Assembly (NCBI RefSeq): GCF_006345805.1
Contig: NC_042997.1
Location: 159,588,001-159,652,000, forward strand
Reading direction: 5' to 3'
DNA length: 64,000 nucleotides
From: Octopus sinensis
Lineage: Eukaryota
Positions 25,406 through 37,900 of this stretch are shown one piece after another (position 1 is the first letter of the stretch; each line of letters begins with the position of its first letter). The position numbers and the translations under genes are program-made. The notes beneath the pieces were generated by a model. That model saw only the letters and a list, made by a program, of their open reading frames with translations, was not told the origin of the DNA and did no database searches.

Positions 25406-26167
25406 ATTACTGTATTTTAAAGTAGAGTTATATCCCTTCGATCTTCTACCAACGAAATTGTTGTAGTTTCTGGTGATATTGGTTTATAAATTGGAAGCTT
25501 TGACATACCTCATCAGCAGTGCTGCACTGCGTATATGACCAAGGTACATAACTCTCACTTTATCGGTTAATAAGTAGTTTCTGTTTTACCTGCAATACAG
25601 AAAAAAGTGAAATGATTTACGTCATATTTCGGTTGCTCTAAAAACTAATTATTAGAAATACTATGTATTTTAATGAAATTTACGACAGGATTAACTTCCG
25701 GATTGTGCAAAGATCGTTGTCATTACACTTGTTTTATATAGTCATTATACCCAAAATAGAGCCAATGAAGGAGCTTCTTTTGTAATTTGACTTGTTAGAA
25801 CTAGCAGCCAAAGTGCTCTTAAATTAAGAAAAAAAGAATAAAATTGAAAAGAAAAATCAGTTTAGCATGGTCTAGGAGTAACTATCTCTGAAAAGTCGGA
25901 ATGGTTATGGCTGAGCATATGTCTACGCGATCAGGGTTGTGTTGGGGATAGACAACATTAAGGACGCGTATAAAAAAAATGTATGTATGTATGTATGTAT
26001 GTATGTATGTATGTATGTATGTATGTATGTATGTATGTATGTACAATAACAACAACTAATAGTAATCGGTGGCAGTATGTTTGAAAATAGAATGAACTCA
26101 ACAATAAATAAATAAATAAACTGAAGTCAATAAAAAGTGAGAAATATAAGTAAATAAATTCCTGTAA

Positions 26168-27600
26168 TACAGTGGGGGCAAATAAATAGTCGTACATGTC
26201 AAAATTCTGTATTTATTTAATTTCTAGTGAGCATAAATGGGATATACCAATACTATATTTGCATGCACATACATAAACTAAGAATATGCAAAAGAAACTA
26301 ATAAATTATAGTAACTAATGAATTTATATACAATTATAAATATTTAGGGGTGAAAAAAGTATTCGCACAGAATAAATTTATGATTTTCTATGCTACAAAA
26401 TACTGTAAAAATAATATTCATTTTTACTAGAACATTCTCGTTTTTTTCCAATAATCTTATCAGTTGTCATTTATAAGTGTCAAAACGCTAGCTTCTTCAT
26501 TCAGCACTGAGACAACATAAAGTAGTATTCTAATAATGACGAAAAATAAAAGAACTCACAAATTCAGTGAGAAACTTAATTATTGAACAGTGGAAAGCAG
26601 GTAAAAGTTGCAGGAAAATATCAGAGACCCTTTGTATTCCATTTTCTACCATATCTTCATTTATTCAAAGATATAAAAAATCGGGAACTGTTGACAACAG
26701 AATAAAATCCGGTGCACCACGCAAGATTTCTCCTAGATCTTTAAGAAAAATGAAGCAAAGAATCGAAAAAAAAACAAAAAAACAAAACGCAATGATCACC
26801 AGAAAGGAGTTGCAAGAAGATTTGTTAGCTTCAGGGACTAGTGTTACACTACGAACAATCAGCAATGAACTTCATAGGAATGAACTGAAGTCACGCTCTC
26901 CTAGAAAAACTCCGCTGTTGACTAATAGGCATAGAGATGCCCGTTTAAAATTTGTTTATGAACATAAAGATAAATCTGATACCTTCTGGGAAAATGTTCT
27001 ATGGACAGACGAGTCGCAAATTGAATTGTTTGGACGAAATTCGCGTAGCCATGTTTGGAGGAAAGATGGTACCATCTATTCGCCGAAAAACACAATTCCT
27101 ACCGTAAAGTTTGGAGGTGGCAACATCATAGTGTGGGGGTGTTTCTCTGCAAATGGTACTGGCAATTTACATGTGATAGATGGTAGAATGAATGCAGAGA
27201 TGTACCAAAATATTTTGAACAATAATTTATGGGACTCTGTAGAAAAGCTCCAGCTTCGTGAAGGTGGGTTTTACAACAGGATAACGACGCAAAGCACACG
27301 GCAAAGTCTGCCAAAAAATGGATCGTCGATCACAATATATAATTATTAGAATGGCCAAGCCAGTCACCTGACTTGAATCCCATTGAAAATTTGTGGCGTT
27401 ATTTGAAAATTTAAATTCATTCAAGAGCCCCAACGTGAATTGCAGATTTGAAGAAAATTTGTCAAGAACAATGGGAAAAATACCTAAAGAAATATGCGAG
27501 TCACTGATTAAGAACTACAAGAAGAGATTGGTTGAAGTGGAACTGAATAATGGTGATGCTACAAAGTATTAAATCAGAATTATCAGTTATTTATGTTCTG
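26168..27600 (+). mobile_element. Tc1-family transposon (DD34E), left TIR present, right end truncated
   Basis: TA-CAGTGGGGGCAAATAAATAGTCG left end; internal repeat GGGGTGAAAAAAGTATTCGCAC at ~26347 (IR/DR-like); transposase remnant 26536-27572. Confidence 0.85.
26536..27572 (+). pseudogene. Tc1 transposase pseudogene
   Basis: Paired-like HTH, SGAPRKIS, VLWTDES, TVKFGGGNIIVWGCF, QQDND and WPSQSPDLNPIENLW, ending GDATKY*. Frameshifts near 26550 and ~27268 and in-frame stops in the 3' part. Confidence 0.9.
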
Positions 27601-27605
27601 CGCAT

Positions 27606-28460
27606 ATTTTTTATTACCTATAAAGGGTTTACATAGAGGGGGACATCACAAACATTAGGGACACAAAACATAAAAAATACAGAAACGTATGATGAAGGAT
27701 GAGGAATTGTGAAAATGAGAAATGAAAGTGATGTTAACGGCCCCACCCGATAACATCACTTACCTGTCCTCCTCCCCTATAACGGTGCAAAAAATTTGTA
27801 GTCCTCTAGTTTCACCCCATGTTTTTTCTCCAGTTCATACCTCCTATCCTCTTCTATCCTTCCCCTTATTAACAAATAAATATTATTAAGTTCTTTTATG
27901 AGTTCTTTTTCCTGGTCTTCAGATAATACTACTTCCATCCTCTCCTCCTCATTCCAGTTGTCTTGCAATTCTGCCTTTCCCCAATCCCTCAATATTTCAA
28001 GTACTTCTTCATCGTCTATTACACCTATAGCATAGGGACGGGAATTTTAAAAATTATCCTATGTGTCTGTTTTTTTTTGTTTTCTTGTTGGCGGGGAGCG
28101 GGTAGGTTCAGTGTCTGCAGGGAGAGGGTGGGCCACAAAGGGTGCGGGTGATGTTGAGGTGGGTTGGGGTTCAGTACAGTTTGTCTTTTTTCTCCTTCTC
28201 TTCTTCCTTCTTCCCACGGATTCCCATTCTGCTGGTATCTCCTCTTCGACCACTTGTTTCTCTTCCACTGTATTCTCTTCCTGCTCCTCCTGGGGATCTT
28301 CTACCTCTCTTGTTGGTTCCTTTCTTGGTTCTTTTGTTAAGGGAGGACAGTTAGCTCTTATGTGGCCCTTCAAGCCGCATTTGTAACAACGAGGAGCTCT
28401 GTCCTCCACCCATACTCTCATAATGATATTTCCATTGTTATTGTCTCGGTCAGTAAAAGA
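27606..28460 (-). mobile_element. 5'-truncated ORF1-only L1/Tx1-like (HAL1-like) element
   Basis: Gag-type knuckle RVWVEDRAPRCYKCGLKGHIRANCP, basic stretch RRKKRRRKK, same-frame continuation to ..YKFFAPL* (27777), then pyrimidine-rich 3' UTR ending GGTAATAAAAAA; no EN/RT between. Confidence 0.65.
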
Positions 28461-28489
28461 GTAAAAAAGTATACATACATACATACATA

Positions 28490-28504
28490 CATACATACAT
28501 ACAT

Positions 28505-28557
<53 letters not shown>

Positions 28558-28890
28558 TATATATGTATATATATTATATATATATATGTATATATATATA
28601 CATATGTATATATATTATATATATATGTATATATATAGGTTATATATTTATATATATGTATATTTTATATATTATATATATATCATATATATTTATATAT
28701 ATAGTAATATTACATATATATTTATATATATATGTATATTATATATATTTATATATATATATGTATATTATATATTATATATATATAATATATATATATA
28801 TATTATATATTATATATATATATTTATACATGTATGTTATATATATATTTATATATATATGTATATATTATATATAATTAAATATAATTA
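28490..28890. repeat. (CATA)n then long degenerate (TA)n tract
   Basis: Directly visible; source of IY-rich spurious ORFs. Confidence 0.95.
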
Positions 28891-29149
28891 AGGGTTAAGC
28901 AATAAGTTGCTTCACCACATACCGAACATTTAGAAATAGCAGCCAATGATAGCTCATTCCTTTTTACTACATATATAACTCTACAGATAACAGTATTTGT
29001 AACTCACATAGGCAAAAAGAAGGAAAAATAACGAAATCAAACAGTCATCGATTAATTTTGGACGCGTTTCTTGATTAGAATTATACAAATTCATTTCCGT
29101 CATCAACATAATATTTCGAGAAGTTATAAATCTGAAAATGCTATGAACC

Positions 29150-30270
29150 TACACTTTGCATCCCGATCAAGCTCCATCGGAAAATAACAAGGTATTCAGC
29201 ACATCCAAATCTATATAGACGAGTGAATTCATAATTTCCATCCAAGATTACCTTGTGCGTCACAAGATGGTACCGCAGAAAGAGAACTGCAGCTTGTTAT
29301 ACGGGAATGAAAAAATCATTACAGATATAGGATGGTTTCCCAGCTGTCCTCCTAAAGTCATGTAAACAAGAATTAGCGGGACCACTCCGGATACTCTTAC
29401 AAAGTTTCCTTGCAAGTGGTAAACTTCTCAAAAAGCTGAAAGAAGGCATCATATGTCCTATCCATAAAGGTGGAAGCAGAGCAGAGGCTGGGAACTACAG
29501 ACTCATCTCTTTGACATCACATATTAGTGAAGTCATGGAACGAATTGTCAGAAGGAATTTGATTGCATTCCTAGAAGAAAATGACTTGCTGAATGAGACC
29601 CAGCATGGTTTCCGTCCAGGTAGAAGCTGTCTCACGCAGATCTTGCAGCATTATGACTGGGTCAAAGTTGATGTGATATATCTCGACTTTGCAAAAGTCT
29701 TTGACAAAATTGATCATGGCATGACATGTCACAAGCTGCGAAACCTTGGCATACTGGTAAATTAGGAGAGTGGCTGTATGACTTCCTGAATGGAAGAAGT
29801 CAGACAGTTACAGTCAATGGAGAATTATCTAGGTAAACGCAAATATTGAGCTGTGTTCCACAAGAAACTGTCCTGGGGCAACTACTGTTCATAGTAGCCC
29901 TTCTGGACATGTCCACGGCCACTCACTCGGACAGCCATTGTCACTAGCTACGCTGATGACACAAAACTATCTCAGGCAATAAAGAATCCTGATGATGTCA
30001 TAAGCCTGCCGAATGATCTAAATGCAATATACAAGTGGGCAAATAATATGCGGTTCAATTCTAAAAAATTTCAAGTACTGCGCAACAAGGCCAGAAATGC
30101 CCCTCCCCCAACTGACATACACAGGGCCTAGAGGTACTGCAATCCCAGAACCACAAACAGTGAGAGACCTGGGCATCAGCATGTGTAGTGGTGCATCATT
30201 TCACATGCACATTGTCAAGTTGACAGCAAAGTGCAGACAACTGACAGGGTGGATACTGAGGACATACTTA
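29150..30270 (+). mobile_element. CR1-clade LINE RT fragment, decayed
   Basis: GNYRLISLTSHISEVMERIV, QHGFRPGRSCLTQIL, DVIYLDFAKVFDKIDH, VPQETVLGQLLF, SYADDTKL, VRDLGI. Confidence 0.88.
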
Positions 30271-30649
30271 TATATATGCGCATCAGCATATGATATAACT
30301 TCAAGTTTAAACATAGCTGTATAAGATCTACGAGGCGTTTTATGGTCATGTAATGTATAAAATGTTTTATTGGAGATTAATGTACAGGTTAAAGTCCCGC
30401 TTATAAAAACTCTAGTAAAGACCCACAGTAGTTCAAACATTTAATACTGGTATTTAATTATCTATTGTTTCCCACGGTAGTGATGCAAACTGCCAATGAA
30501 AACATCGGGATGAACTATTTAGCGCTAAACTATTAAGCACAATTCGTGCGTAATTAAGCCAGCAGCACCTAGTCGAACTAATACTTCCGCGCATGCGTAA
30601 TACAATAATGGTGATGTTCTTAACTGTTATATGGGAATGTAAATATGTT

Positions 30650-30947
30650 TGCAAATTGCTTTTGTTACATGTTATCCTGTGTTCTGAATACTTTTATTTT
30701 AATAAATGTTGCTTACTGCAAGTTATGGATGATTCTTTTATGACTTCATTGCTTTCAGGTTTAGCTTAAGGTATTTTCGCGCCCGACATCACAAAATGTG
30801 TGACTAAACATTGCCGGACAGTAAATAGAGAGTTAGACATTGCTTAGATAATATTTAAAATTTTTAACCTCATATATAGTACGCACTAGGGATTTTGACC
30901 TTTAAACTTTGGGAAAAAATGCGGATTATACTCGAGGATTTACGGTA
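30650..30947. mobile_element. End of a Tc1/mariner-superfamily (pogo/Tc2-like) DNA transposon
   Basis: Terminal TTATACTCGAGGATTTACGG-TA resembles pogo/Tc2-type TIRs (CCGTA..TCGAGTATAA); partner end not found. Confidence 0.45.
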
Positions 30948-30952
30948 TGTAA

Positions 30953-30999
<47 letters not shown>

Positions 31000-31369
31000 T
31001 AATACTAAGCAATAAGGGTTTAGCAACGAATTGCCTTACCACATACCGAATTTAGAAATAGCAGTCAAAGGGTTATAGCTATTTCTTCTACTAAAAAGGG
31101 AGATCTCAGTAAAAACAGCAATTGGAAGGCTGACACAAACAGGTAAGACTACATGCCGAAGACTACTTGGTGTAATTGATAATTATTCCAAACTAATTAA
31201 TTTCACCCTTCATTATATATATATATATATATATATACGATATAGTGTATATTTATACACATAAGGAATCCACACTTAGGGTGCGATTCAACACATTAGA
31301 TAGCCACAAAAATAACAGATAAAATTCGACAGGAATAAATTTGGAAATGAAAAACAGTTACCATTTAAT

Positions 31370-31447
31370 ACCCCGGACCAAATTGGTTTCTGATCTTCTT
31401 TTAGCAAGTTGGGGGAACTCGCAAGGTCTGATCTTCTTCGGCGAGGT
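31370..31447 (-). ncRNA. Hammerhead-like motif with extended stem II (U4C core variant)
   Basis: ACCUCG-[CCGAAGA]-A-GAUC..GCGAGUU(CCCCC)AACUUGC..GAUC-A-[GAAA]-CCAAUUUGG-[UC]-CGGGGU; 6-bp stem I, GUC triplet, A.A mismatch closing stem II. Confidence 0.6.
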
Positions 31448-31726
31448 CCAACCTGGGGTTGAAACATATGAGACAGAAGACAAGGACTGCTACCTGTCTA
31501 CTGTTTATACGAAGTAACTTTTAAAATTTTTCTGCGCAATCGCACTCCTACCGTTGGCTACAATAAACCGCCAACTTTAACCGAAAATTATCCAAAAAGT
31601 TATAATGTTTAATCATATCAAAAGGGAAATGGAATTTAATTAAATTTAAAATATTCAATCAAAATTTACATTTCCAGTGGTCTAACGTGCAAAAAAATTA
31701 GTCAAGAAGACTATATATTAGTTATA

Positions 31727-32111
31727 AGTGGAGGCGCAATGGCCCAGTGGTTAGGGCAGCGGACTCGCGGTCATAGGATCGCGGTTTCGATTCCCAGACC
31801 GGGCGTTGTGAGTGTTTATTGAGCGAAAACACCTAAAGCTCCACGAGGCTCCGGCAGGGGATGGTGGTGATCCCTGCTGTACTCTTTCACCACAACTTTC
31901 TCTCACTCTTACTTCCTGTTTCTGTTGTACCTGTATTTAAAAGGGCCAGCCTTGTCACTCTCTGTGTCACGCTGAATATCCCCGAGAACTACGTTAAGGG
32001 TACACGTGTCTGTGGAGTGCTCAGCCACTTACACGTTAATTTCACGAGCAGGTTGTTCCGTTGATTCGGATCAACCGGAACCCTCGTCGTCGTAACCGAC
32101 GGAGTGCTTCC
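31727..32111 (+). mobile_element. Full-length tRNA-derived SINE (family 2-related) with 12-bp TSD
   Basis: Head GGCGCAATGGCCCAGTGGTTAGGGCAGCGGACTC..GGTTTCGATTCCC; TSD ATATTAGTTATA at 31715-31726 and 32112-32123. Confidence 0.92.
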
Positions 32112-32444
32112 ATATTAGTTATACGATATAGTGTCTATTTATACACTTAGGGTGAGATTCAACACATTAGATAACCACAAAAATAATAGATAAACTTCGA
32201 CAGGAATAAATTTGGAAATGAAAAACATTTACCATTTACGAATTTTATCTATTATTTTTGTGGTTATCTAATGTGTTGAATCTCACTCTAAGTGCGGATT
32301 CCTTATGTGTATAAATAGACACTATATCGTATAACTAATATATAGTCTTCTTGACTAATCTTTTTGCACGTTAGACCACTGGAAATGTAAATTTTGATTG
32401 AATCTTTTAAATTTAATTAAATTCCATTTCTCTTTTGATATGAT

Positions 32445-32489
<45 letters not shown>

Positions 32490-32520
32490 TATATATATAA
32501 TATATATATATATATTATAT

Positions 32521-32568
<48 letters not shown>

Positions 32569-33048
32569 TAAATATATATTTATATATTTCTATATATATA
32601 TGTTAAATATATATTTATATATTTATATATATTAAATATATATTCATATTATATATATATATTGTATATAAATTTAGGTTATAAAATGAGATAGGGGTTG
32701 AAAATTCAACCCACCATGGGATAATATATATCCAATATACTGCTAGATAGGTACCCAACAAAATTAATACATAGATGTTAAAAATTGTCAAACAATCAGT
32801 TCATCTATTGCATTATATGGGTAAAGGTAATAATATTACGTAAATTAATACTACAAAATTAGAGAATGGAGAAATATACTTAAATCAGTAAAACATCAAC
32901 TATCCGATGATACTCAATCCATACTTTAATACACCATTACATATGAGTAAAGGCAATACATAAAATGAAATGAGATATACAGTAATAGTAAAAAGATAAA
33001 GAGATATAAGTAAAAAATTTTCAAATATAATATGCAAATAAATCAAAA

Positions 33049-33156
33049 CTGACAGCTGTTTCGGCAGTGAGGACAGTCATACCTCATTTAACCTATAAGC
33101 CATAAAGGCAGGTATAAATGAGGCATTAACAAGGATGCCCCACGGCCTCTTCAGAG
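33049..33156 (-). ncRNA. Hammerhead ribozyme, canonical core, long stem II (left arm copy)
   Basis: Reverse complement of 37091-37198. Confidence 0.7.
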
Positions 33157-33538
33157 AATTAAATTAAATTTGTTATAATAGTGAAAAATATTATACAATC
33201 ATATACATATAAATATAAAAATATAAAAATGTAAAATATAAAAACTTATACATCATAAAGCTACACTTATATAATATAATACACATTTGTACAAAAAAGG
33301 AAGGTAAACAGAACAAAATAAAACAAAATATATAATAGTGTATATATTAATATCAATAAGTACCGATATTATACATATTTGGCTAATAGTTTTTTTTATA
33401 TATATAAAAAAAAAAAAAAAAAAAAAAAGGCTAACATATATGGAGATGAAAAATAATAATTAAATCCGTGGTACAGTTCATAAGATTCTAAAGCTATAAA
33501 AGTTAATAAAAATTACTATTAATAATATAATAATAATA

Positions 33539-33577
<39 letters not shown>

Positions 33578-35282
33578 TATAATAAAAAATAGATACAGTT
33601 AAGTTAGCACCAAGTCCATCCTTACAAGATCGAAATAACTATGAGTTAAGAAATGCTGACCACTAGGTAAAGAAAATATAGATTAATTCGATTGGCTATT
33701 GGTTTGAAATTTAAATCACAAAAGAAAATTATACGGTTGGTTAGTCAGGGAACGCCAATATTCACACACGCATCTACAGATCAATCGCACATACACACAT
33801 AGTAATATGTATATGCATACACTTATACACATACATAATTACAAGCAACAACTAGCACATAGATAAACAAAAAGGGAAGCAACTATGCTACAATTTAGTC
33901 CTTCAAAATTATAATTGTGCCTCAATAATAAAAGAAGAACCATTCATGTATTCCATAAAATATTTAATTTAGATATAAATATATTTTTAAATATCAGTAT
34001 ATTACTAAGTCAGATACTTATTACATGGGTAACTTAAAGTTTATAACACCGGTTTGTTGCAGAGTAAAACATACGGTTGTTAGATTTATCGTGAGTTTGT
34101 TATGGTTTTAAGTACGCTAAATTATAAAATATAAAAATATAAAATATATATTAATTTAAATATTATAAATAAGTCACTTATTAACTTAATAATATAGTGC
34201 CATAATATACCAGTTTAGGCATTAAAGAATAGAAGGGGAAGTATTAATGTAAACGCTTATGAGAACATCATAGAATTTTAAATAAATTTTATATTATAAA
34301 GACTTAAGATGAAAAGAGATAAAATAAATAAGAAGGAATAAATACGAAGGAATAAATACGGTTATACACATAATTATAAGTACAAACCAGTATATATGTA
34401 TTCATATATTATTAAAATTAAATAAAAATAAATGATAGATATGTATGTATAAAACTACCCCAGTATAAGTAAATAAGTAAAAAGTAAATAGGTAGCAAAT
34501 TAGATGACTTGATATGTATGTAAACATCTACACTTAAATAGGCAAATAAATAAATAAATAGAAGACTAGATGCAAAAATTGATAATATTACAATAAAATG
34601 GAAAATAAATAAAAAATAATAAATAGAGTGAATATATATGTTATATTGTTGAAAGTAAATATGTATGGAAGGATAGTTTAAAGTACAGATCCAGAGTATA
34701 GATATAAACTAAATATATGAGGCTGGTAATAATTATAAAGCATAATGCATGTAAATGAGAAAATGAAAAAATGAAAAAGGTTTATCAGTGAATAGCATAA
34801 GATACAAATTAAGGTGAGTACAAAAAGACCAAATATACAATAAAAACCTTCCAAATAAACACATACAAAAAACCTATAATCTCAACCTAAACCCACCAAA
34901 CTCACAAAAGGCTCTCATATATTACATATTATACAATATCATTACATTATCCAGAGCTAGGTATCTACCCAAGATATATATATATACTATGCAATATACT
35001 ATGCAATATTGGAAAACTTCAAAAATCACACATTACAAGGCAAGTACCAAAATGAATATGTTATTTTATGTCATATTGCAATTCTCTTAAAAAACAAACA
35101 AAAACCCACATACAAAAAACAAGAAACCAATAATACTAGACACATCCATTATTATTATACAAATGTAGCTATAAAAATTATAAAATTATAAAATATATAA
35201 ATTGTATACTTTAGAAATTATAGAAGACCACAGGTATATTTAGTTAAAGAAGGGAGTTAAAAAATTAATAATAGTGGAAGTG

Positions 35283-35606
35283 CTAAGTTCTATTTGAATC
35301 TAGAAAAGGTGAACGGTAGCCTATGAATACAAAAGAAGTTTTTTCATTAATGTTGTTAATAATTTGCCGACCCGCTTTAATAATGAAGAAAATTTCATTA
35401 ATACATAGAGAGCATTTTTTATTTTTTCCATTATACACAGGTGCTGAAGTTAGTATTTTCCAGTTTAATCTAAAATCTAAGTTCTTATTTTTAAGCTCCC
35501 AAATGTATGCACTTAGCCCTGTAGAGTACATTCTATTTTTATTCCTAAAAGTATATCTGTGATAATTCCATCTTTGTTTTATGCTATTCATAGTTGCCCC
35601 GATATA
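35283..35606 (-). pseudogene. C-terminal half of PLE GIY-YIG endonuclease
   Basis: YIGATMNSIKQRWNYHRYTFRNKNRMYSTGLSAYIWELKNKNLDFRLNWKIL..KCSLCINE; homologous to 42100-42447. Confidence 0.85.
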
Positions 35607-36662
35607 TTCACTCTATTTATTATTTTTTATTTATTTTCCATTTTATTGTAATATTATCAATTTTTGCATCTAGTCTTCTATTTATTTATTTATTTGCCTA
35701 TTTAAGTGTAGATGTTTACATACATATCAAGTCATCTAATTTGCTACCTATTTACTTTTTACTTATTTACTTATACTGGGGTAGTTTTATACATACATAT
35801 CTATCATTTATTTTTATTTAATTTTAATAATATATGAATACATATATACTGGTTTGTACTTATAATTATGTGTATAACCGTATTTATTCCTTCGTATTTA
35901 TTCCTTCTTATTTATTTTATCTCTTTTCATCTTAAGTCTTTATAATATAAAATTTATTTAAAATTTCTATGATGTTCTCATAAGCGTTTACATTAATACT
36001 TCCCCTTCTATTCTTTAATGCCTAAACTGGTATATTATGGCACTATATTTATTAAGTTAATAAGTGACTTATTTATAATATTTAAATTAATATATATTTT
36101 ATATTTTATATTTTATAATTTAGCGTACTTAAAACCATAACAAACTCACGATAAATCTAACAACCGTATGTTTTACTCTGCAACAAACCGGTGTTATAAA
36201 CTTTAAGTTACCCATGTAATAAGTATCTGACTTAGTAATATACTGATATTTAAAAATATATTTATATCTAAATTAAATATTTTATGGAATACATGAATGG
36301 TTCTTCTTTTATTATTGAGGCACAATTATAATTTTGAAGGACTAAATTGTAGCATAGTTGCTTCCCTTTTTGTTTATCTATGTGCTAGTTGTTGCTTGTA
36401 ATTATGTATGTGTATAAGTGTATGCATATACATATTACTATGTGTGTATGTGCGATTGATCTGTAGATGCGTGTGTGAATATTGGCGTTCCCTGACTAAC
36501 CAACCGTATAATTTTCTTTTGTGATTTAAATTTCAAACCAATAGCCAATCGAATTAATCTATATTTTCTTTACCTAGTGGTCAGCATTTCTTAACTCATA
36601 GTTATTTCGATCTTGTAAGGATGGACTTGGTGCTAACTTAACTGTATCTATTTTTTATTATA

Positions 36663-36730
<68 letters not shown>

Positions 36731-37090
36731 AGTAATTTTTATTAACTTTTATAGCTTTAGAATCTTATGAACTGTACCACGGATTTAATTATTATTTTTC
36801 ATCTCCATATATGTTAGCCTTTTTTTTTTTTTTTTTTTTTTATATATATAAAAAAAACTATTAGCCAAATATGTATAATATCGGTACTTATTGATATTAA
36901 TATATACACTATTATATATTTTGTTTTATTTTGTTCTGTTTACCTTCCTTTTTTGTACAAATGTGTATTATATTATATAAGTGTAGCTTTATGATGTATA
37001 AGTTTTTATATTTTACATTTTTATATTTTTATATTTATATGTATATGATTGTATAATATTTTTCACTATTATAACAAATTTAATTTAATT

Positions 37091-37198
37091 CTCTGAAGAG
37101 GCCGTGGGGCATCCTTGTTAATGCCTCATTTATACCTGCCTTTATGGCTTATAGGTTAAATGAGGTATGACTGTCCTCACTGCCGAAACAGCTGTCAG
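37091..37198 (+). ncRNA. Hammerhead ribozyme, canonical core, long stem II (right arm copy)
   Basis: CU-[CUGAAGA]-GGC..85-nt branched stem II including CCUCAUUUA/UAAAUGAGG..GCC-[GAAA]-CAGCUG-[UC]-AG; palindromic stem III, GUC triplet; stem I weak. Confidence 0.7.
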
Positions 37199-37399
37199 TT
37201 TTGATTTATTTGCATATTATATTTGAAAATTTTTTACTTATATCTCTTTATCTTTTTACTATTACTGTATATCTCATTTCATTTTATGTATTGCCTTTAC
37301 TCATATGTAATGGTGTATTAAAGTATGGATTGAGTATCATCGGATAGTTGATGTTTTACTGATTTAAGTATATTTCTCCATTCTCTAATTTTGTAGTAT

Positions 37400-37647
37400 A
37401 TATTGTATATATATTAAATAAATATTTATATATATATTATATATCTTATATATATATTTATATATTTATATGTTATATATATATATATTATATATATATC
37501 TATTATATATATAAATTTATATACATATATTATATATATAAATTTACATACATATATTATATATATAAATTTATATACATATATTATATATATAATTTAT
37601 ATACATATATTATAAATATATATTTATATACACATATTATATTTATA

Positions 37648-37702
<55 letters not shown>

Positions 37703-37900
37703 ATATTTTCATATATATAATTATATATATATTATATATTTATTATATATATATTATATATATATTAATATATATATATCAATATATATATTATATATAT
37801 ATATTATATATACATTATACGTATTATATATATTATATATGTATATATATATTATATATATTTTATATGTATATTTATATATGTTATATTTTATATATAT
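37400..37900. repeat. Long degenerate (TA)n tract
   Basis: Directly visible. Confidence 0.95.

Larger units (their letters stand above)
31238..32446. mobile_element. PLE pLTR-type composite: 1.25 tandem ~489-bp units (sense = minus) plus a head-to-head inverted arm, with a SINE inserted
   Basis: 31238-31367 repeats directly at 32124-32238; 32239-32446 is the reverse complement of 31610-31726 + 32124-32200; HHR motif inside; (TA)n on both flanks. Confidence 0.75.
32848..37399. mobile_element. Penelope-like element 3' region as a head-to-head inverted pair: arms 32848-34637 and 35602-37399, 964-bp spacer
   Basis: Arms match almost perfectly by eye (differences mainly in A-run and (AAT)n lengths); spacer holds a GIY-YIG C-terminal ORF; each arm carries an HHR; (TA)n flanks. 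Confidence 0.9.

Noticed and set aside
25450-25535. CUGAUGA...GAAA on minus with a CAGUG/CACUG hairpin, hammerhead-like
   Set aside because: No UH triplet in the required position in either type I or type III topology, and stem II pairs poorly.
31727-31800. tRNA gene candidates at SINE heads
   Set aside because: A/B boxes present but followed by SINE bodies with TSDs; no complete cloverleaf.
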